A DNA stretch of 64,000 nt, from positions 24,422,024 to 24,486,023 of the forward strand of contig NC_085845.1 in NCBI RefSeq assembly GCF_035594765.1, read 5' to 3'. How positions within the stretch are numbered: the stretch's first letter is position 1; every line of letters starts with the position of its first letter. This stretch comes from Anolis carolinensis (Eukaryota). Shown here piece after piece: positions 55,086 through 64,000 of the stretch. The notes below the pieces were generated by a model. It was given only the letters and a program-made list of their open reading frames with translations. It was not told where the DNA came from and did no database searches. A program made the position numbers and the translations under genes.

Positions 55086-57335
55086 TCAGTGAGGGTTTCC
55101 TGTCAGCCGGCATTATATACATTTATTCCTCTCATGTGTGCATTGTCCTCTTTTGGCACTGCAGATATTTGAATTTTGTTTTTTTGTCTGCTTTACTCAA
55201 AGCCCCCAGCCTCTGAAGCTCTTGCCATCATGGTGATTCATGCCTCATAGGGTGTGGGCAGAAGAGAAGTGCTTGCCATGTCCCTGTAGCCAGAGGCAAA
55301 ATGATTCAAATAGAGCTGAGACTTCAAGATGATCTCTGAAGATCTCAGGGCTGATATCATTATTTTACACCTGGCTATAGAGCCATAGCTATATACCTCT
55401 CCAACCGTGCCCTCTTCCCACACAGGTCTGTATATGGAACTTCTATGCTACTACAGTAGCTACTTTGTGTGCAGCCATTAGATGGCATGGTCTGGTCAAT
55501 ATTTGGGTTCAGAGGTCTCCAAGTTTTAGAGCTCTTTGAAGTTCAGTTAATTTTTTATTATTTATGCAATTAGAGTGTAATTGTTAATTGCGACAGTCTG
55601 AAGTAAGAGATCAATTAATCAATTTGCTCCCATGTAAATGAGCAGTGAGGCGAAGTGTAAGCCAATTTGCATGACTGGTGCTGTTGCCCATAGTGCCCAC
55701 TTGCCCTTGGAGATCTGTTTGCACTACCCAGAGTCAAGGGTGAAATGATATACATTTGGTATTAAACAGCAGTATGTCTTTGAGCAGATTATGATTTTGG
55801 TTCGGCACTAAGAGATGCTCACAGGCTGCTCACAGAGAAGTCAGTATCCATCATTTCAACAACCAGGTTTCAGTGGACATAGATATTTTGGATCCAGTTG
55901 AGGGTTCCAGCTGGGAAAGGGTGATCTACATGAAAACAGCAGTACTTTCTTGATAGGTCAACAGTGGCTTCTGATTATCTAGATTGGAGTGGACAGATTT
56001 GGGGCTGCTCTGTCCTACTTTGTTCTTTTACTAGCCCGTGCTAGATCCCCACTGGCCAAATAATTTTACCTTATTTTACTGCCTGTGCTGTTGATACACA
56101 TAATGTTCCTTTTCTAGGTGCAAGTACTTCTTTTAGTAACCCGAGAGCTTTAACATGATTAACCCCCCCTCCTCTTTATTCTGCATTTTGTAGGGCCTTT
56201 TCACCAAATCAGGATCAAGGTAGAATGGGAGTGAGGTGATAGGAGGATGGGACAATGGGAAAGACTGGTGTGAGAGTCTGTGCCTGCTTGTGGGGATGGG
56301 ATACATTTTTAAAGGATTATTCATGATTTTGTAAAAAAAAATCATGCGTACTTTACTGGGTTGAAAGGGAATCCTTCAATCTGTCACTGAGGCCCGAGAT
56401 AATGTGGATTATCTGATCTGATAATCTGGATTATATGGCAGTATAGACGGCGCCTGAGTCTCTCCTAGGAGTAGGAGAGGTATGAGGGGATCAGATTACA
56501 CAGCCCAACAACAATTTTGTTCTTGATGTCTTGGTTTGTAGGCCTATTTTTGGGGTTATTTGTGGAGTTGATTCAGAAAATTGCACTGGATAGATCGCAT
56601 TAGCTCTAGTTTCTTAGATATGGTGTGTCAAATGACTGGAAAGTTTGTATCACGAACATGTGCTTTTGGCATGAAACAAGGATGTTGAGACTACTACAAC
56701 ACAGAGGGTGGTGAGAACAATTAGTATATTCAGTGTCATTGGGCTTTGGAGTCCCTGTGTGGACATGACCAGGTCCAACTCAGCACTGGAGACACCAGAA
56801 CTTGCCCGGATTATGGGTCACTGTAGAACCAGCCAGTGACTGCTTCATGATAAGTGGGGATTAGGAAAATCATTGACAGTTAATGTACAGTCCATAACTG
56901 TTGCACACTCAAAATTTGTAATGGGATTCTGACCAAAGGGCTTAAGAAGATCTTGACCTGACCAGTTCCCTTCACATTTTTCAACTGGACAGTCATGTTT
57001 CAAATTGCACCATTTTTACCCTTTAGCACATTTTGTACCCAACCATATAATAACAACAGCCCTCCCTAAAAACCTTTTTACCTATAGCTTTAAAACACAT
57101 GACACCAATACTTAAAATTTCTTTATGACCTTTTTAACCATTCCAGGGAAATAAATTATTGGAGCAAAGTGGCAATGGAGGAGTGGCTAGGTTTCCTGGG
57201 TTGGATCTTGAAAAATACTTCATATATCTGAAAAACAAGCCACATTTTTGCAGCAACTACTCTCAAGAATAACCTTCATCCATCTAGGAGGGCAGAAGTA
57301 TTGACAGCTAACAGACAGGCTTATACATTAGAAGC

Positions 57336-63239
<5,904 letters not shown>

Positions 63240-64000
63240 TGAAATTTTAGAGGAAAATTGATATGGCCGGCAAATGTCTCCATTATTTTTTCCTGTTCTC
63301 CCATACTCCCTAATATTTTGTTTTAACAATTCCCTTCTTCCAGTAGGGCAAGGTGGGCAACTGCATGAGGACCATGGGCTGTTCTGTCACCTCAGCTCTA
63401 CTTCATTTGCCACCACCAAACAATTAGCCCAAATGGCTCTATATTCCTCTTAGGTCTCTCTCTCTCAAAATGATGATAGAATGCAATTGATGTTTTCCCT
63501 TGTCATCCTTTTGAGGGGTACTGAAAGGAAACAGTGGTATTTGATAGTAGCATGGGACTCTGGAATATTGTAGGGATATTTTCAACATGTTTTTACATAC
63601 ATTGTTTGGAAACAAATTATGCTCCTTGAAATCCATGGAGGGTTGAGGAAATGGTAAAAGATCCAAGGGTCACAACCACTGTTTCCAGGGAGTGCACAGG
63701 CAAGCTTCACGAGCTAGACAGAACTAGGGCAGAACCAATTTTTATGTGTGCAACATAACTAAATCCTACTAATTCAGTGGGTCTACTCTTGTTAGGACTA
63801 AGAACGCATCTATACTGAAGAATGAAAGCAGTTTGAACTCACTTTAACTGGCATGGCTCAATGCTATGGATCCTGGGATTTGTAGTTTGGTGACTCATAA
63901 GTACTCTGGCAGAGAAGGTTAAAACCCTTGTAAAACTACAGTTCCCATAATTCCATAGTTTTGAGCCATGGTAATTAGTGTCAAAATGCAACCTTGGTCT

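Overview
Vertebrate (squamate, most likely Anolis-type lizard, judged from Sauria SINEs and the other repeat families) genomic DNA covering part of the zinc-dependent alcohol dehydrogenase (MDR/ADH) gene cluster. I reconstructed three complete, intact 9-exon ADH genes on the minus strand (A: CDS 10556-19941, 377 aa; B: 27850-36804, 376 aa; C: 39096-52640, 377 aa). All three resemble the sauropsid ADH-F/class VII-type enzyme. Exons 1-6 of a class I ADH (D, 57336-63230, continuing beyond the window) lie on the plus strand, head-to-head with C. All introns are GT-AG and exon sizes follow the canonical ADH pattern (18/102/139-142/88/220-223/261-264/136/139/25). The rest is repeat-rich: Sauria SINEs, a Vingi-tailed tRNA SINE, an L2-tailed SINE, Vingi, CR1 and L2 fragments, Tc1/mariner, hAT and Harbinger-type MITEs, foldback elements and microsatellites. 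The most notable observations are unusual active-site substitutions in the ADH paralogs, the divergent gene arrangement, two perfect IR1 (FXR-type) motifs carried by a hAT MITE in the shared upstream region, two short Penelope-derived insertions with minimal hammerhead ribozyme motifs showing a compensatory base pair, several long foldback structures, and a paralog-conserved intronic splice-donor block. Residue numbers use horse-liver ADH numbering, aligned by eye; family and class assignments are from recognition, not database searches.
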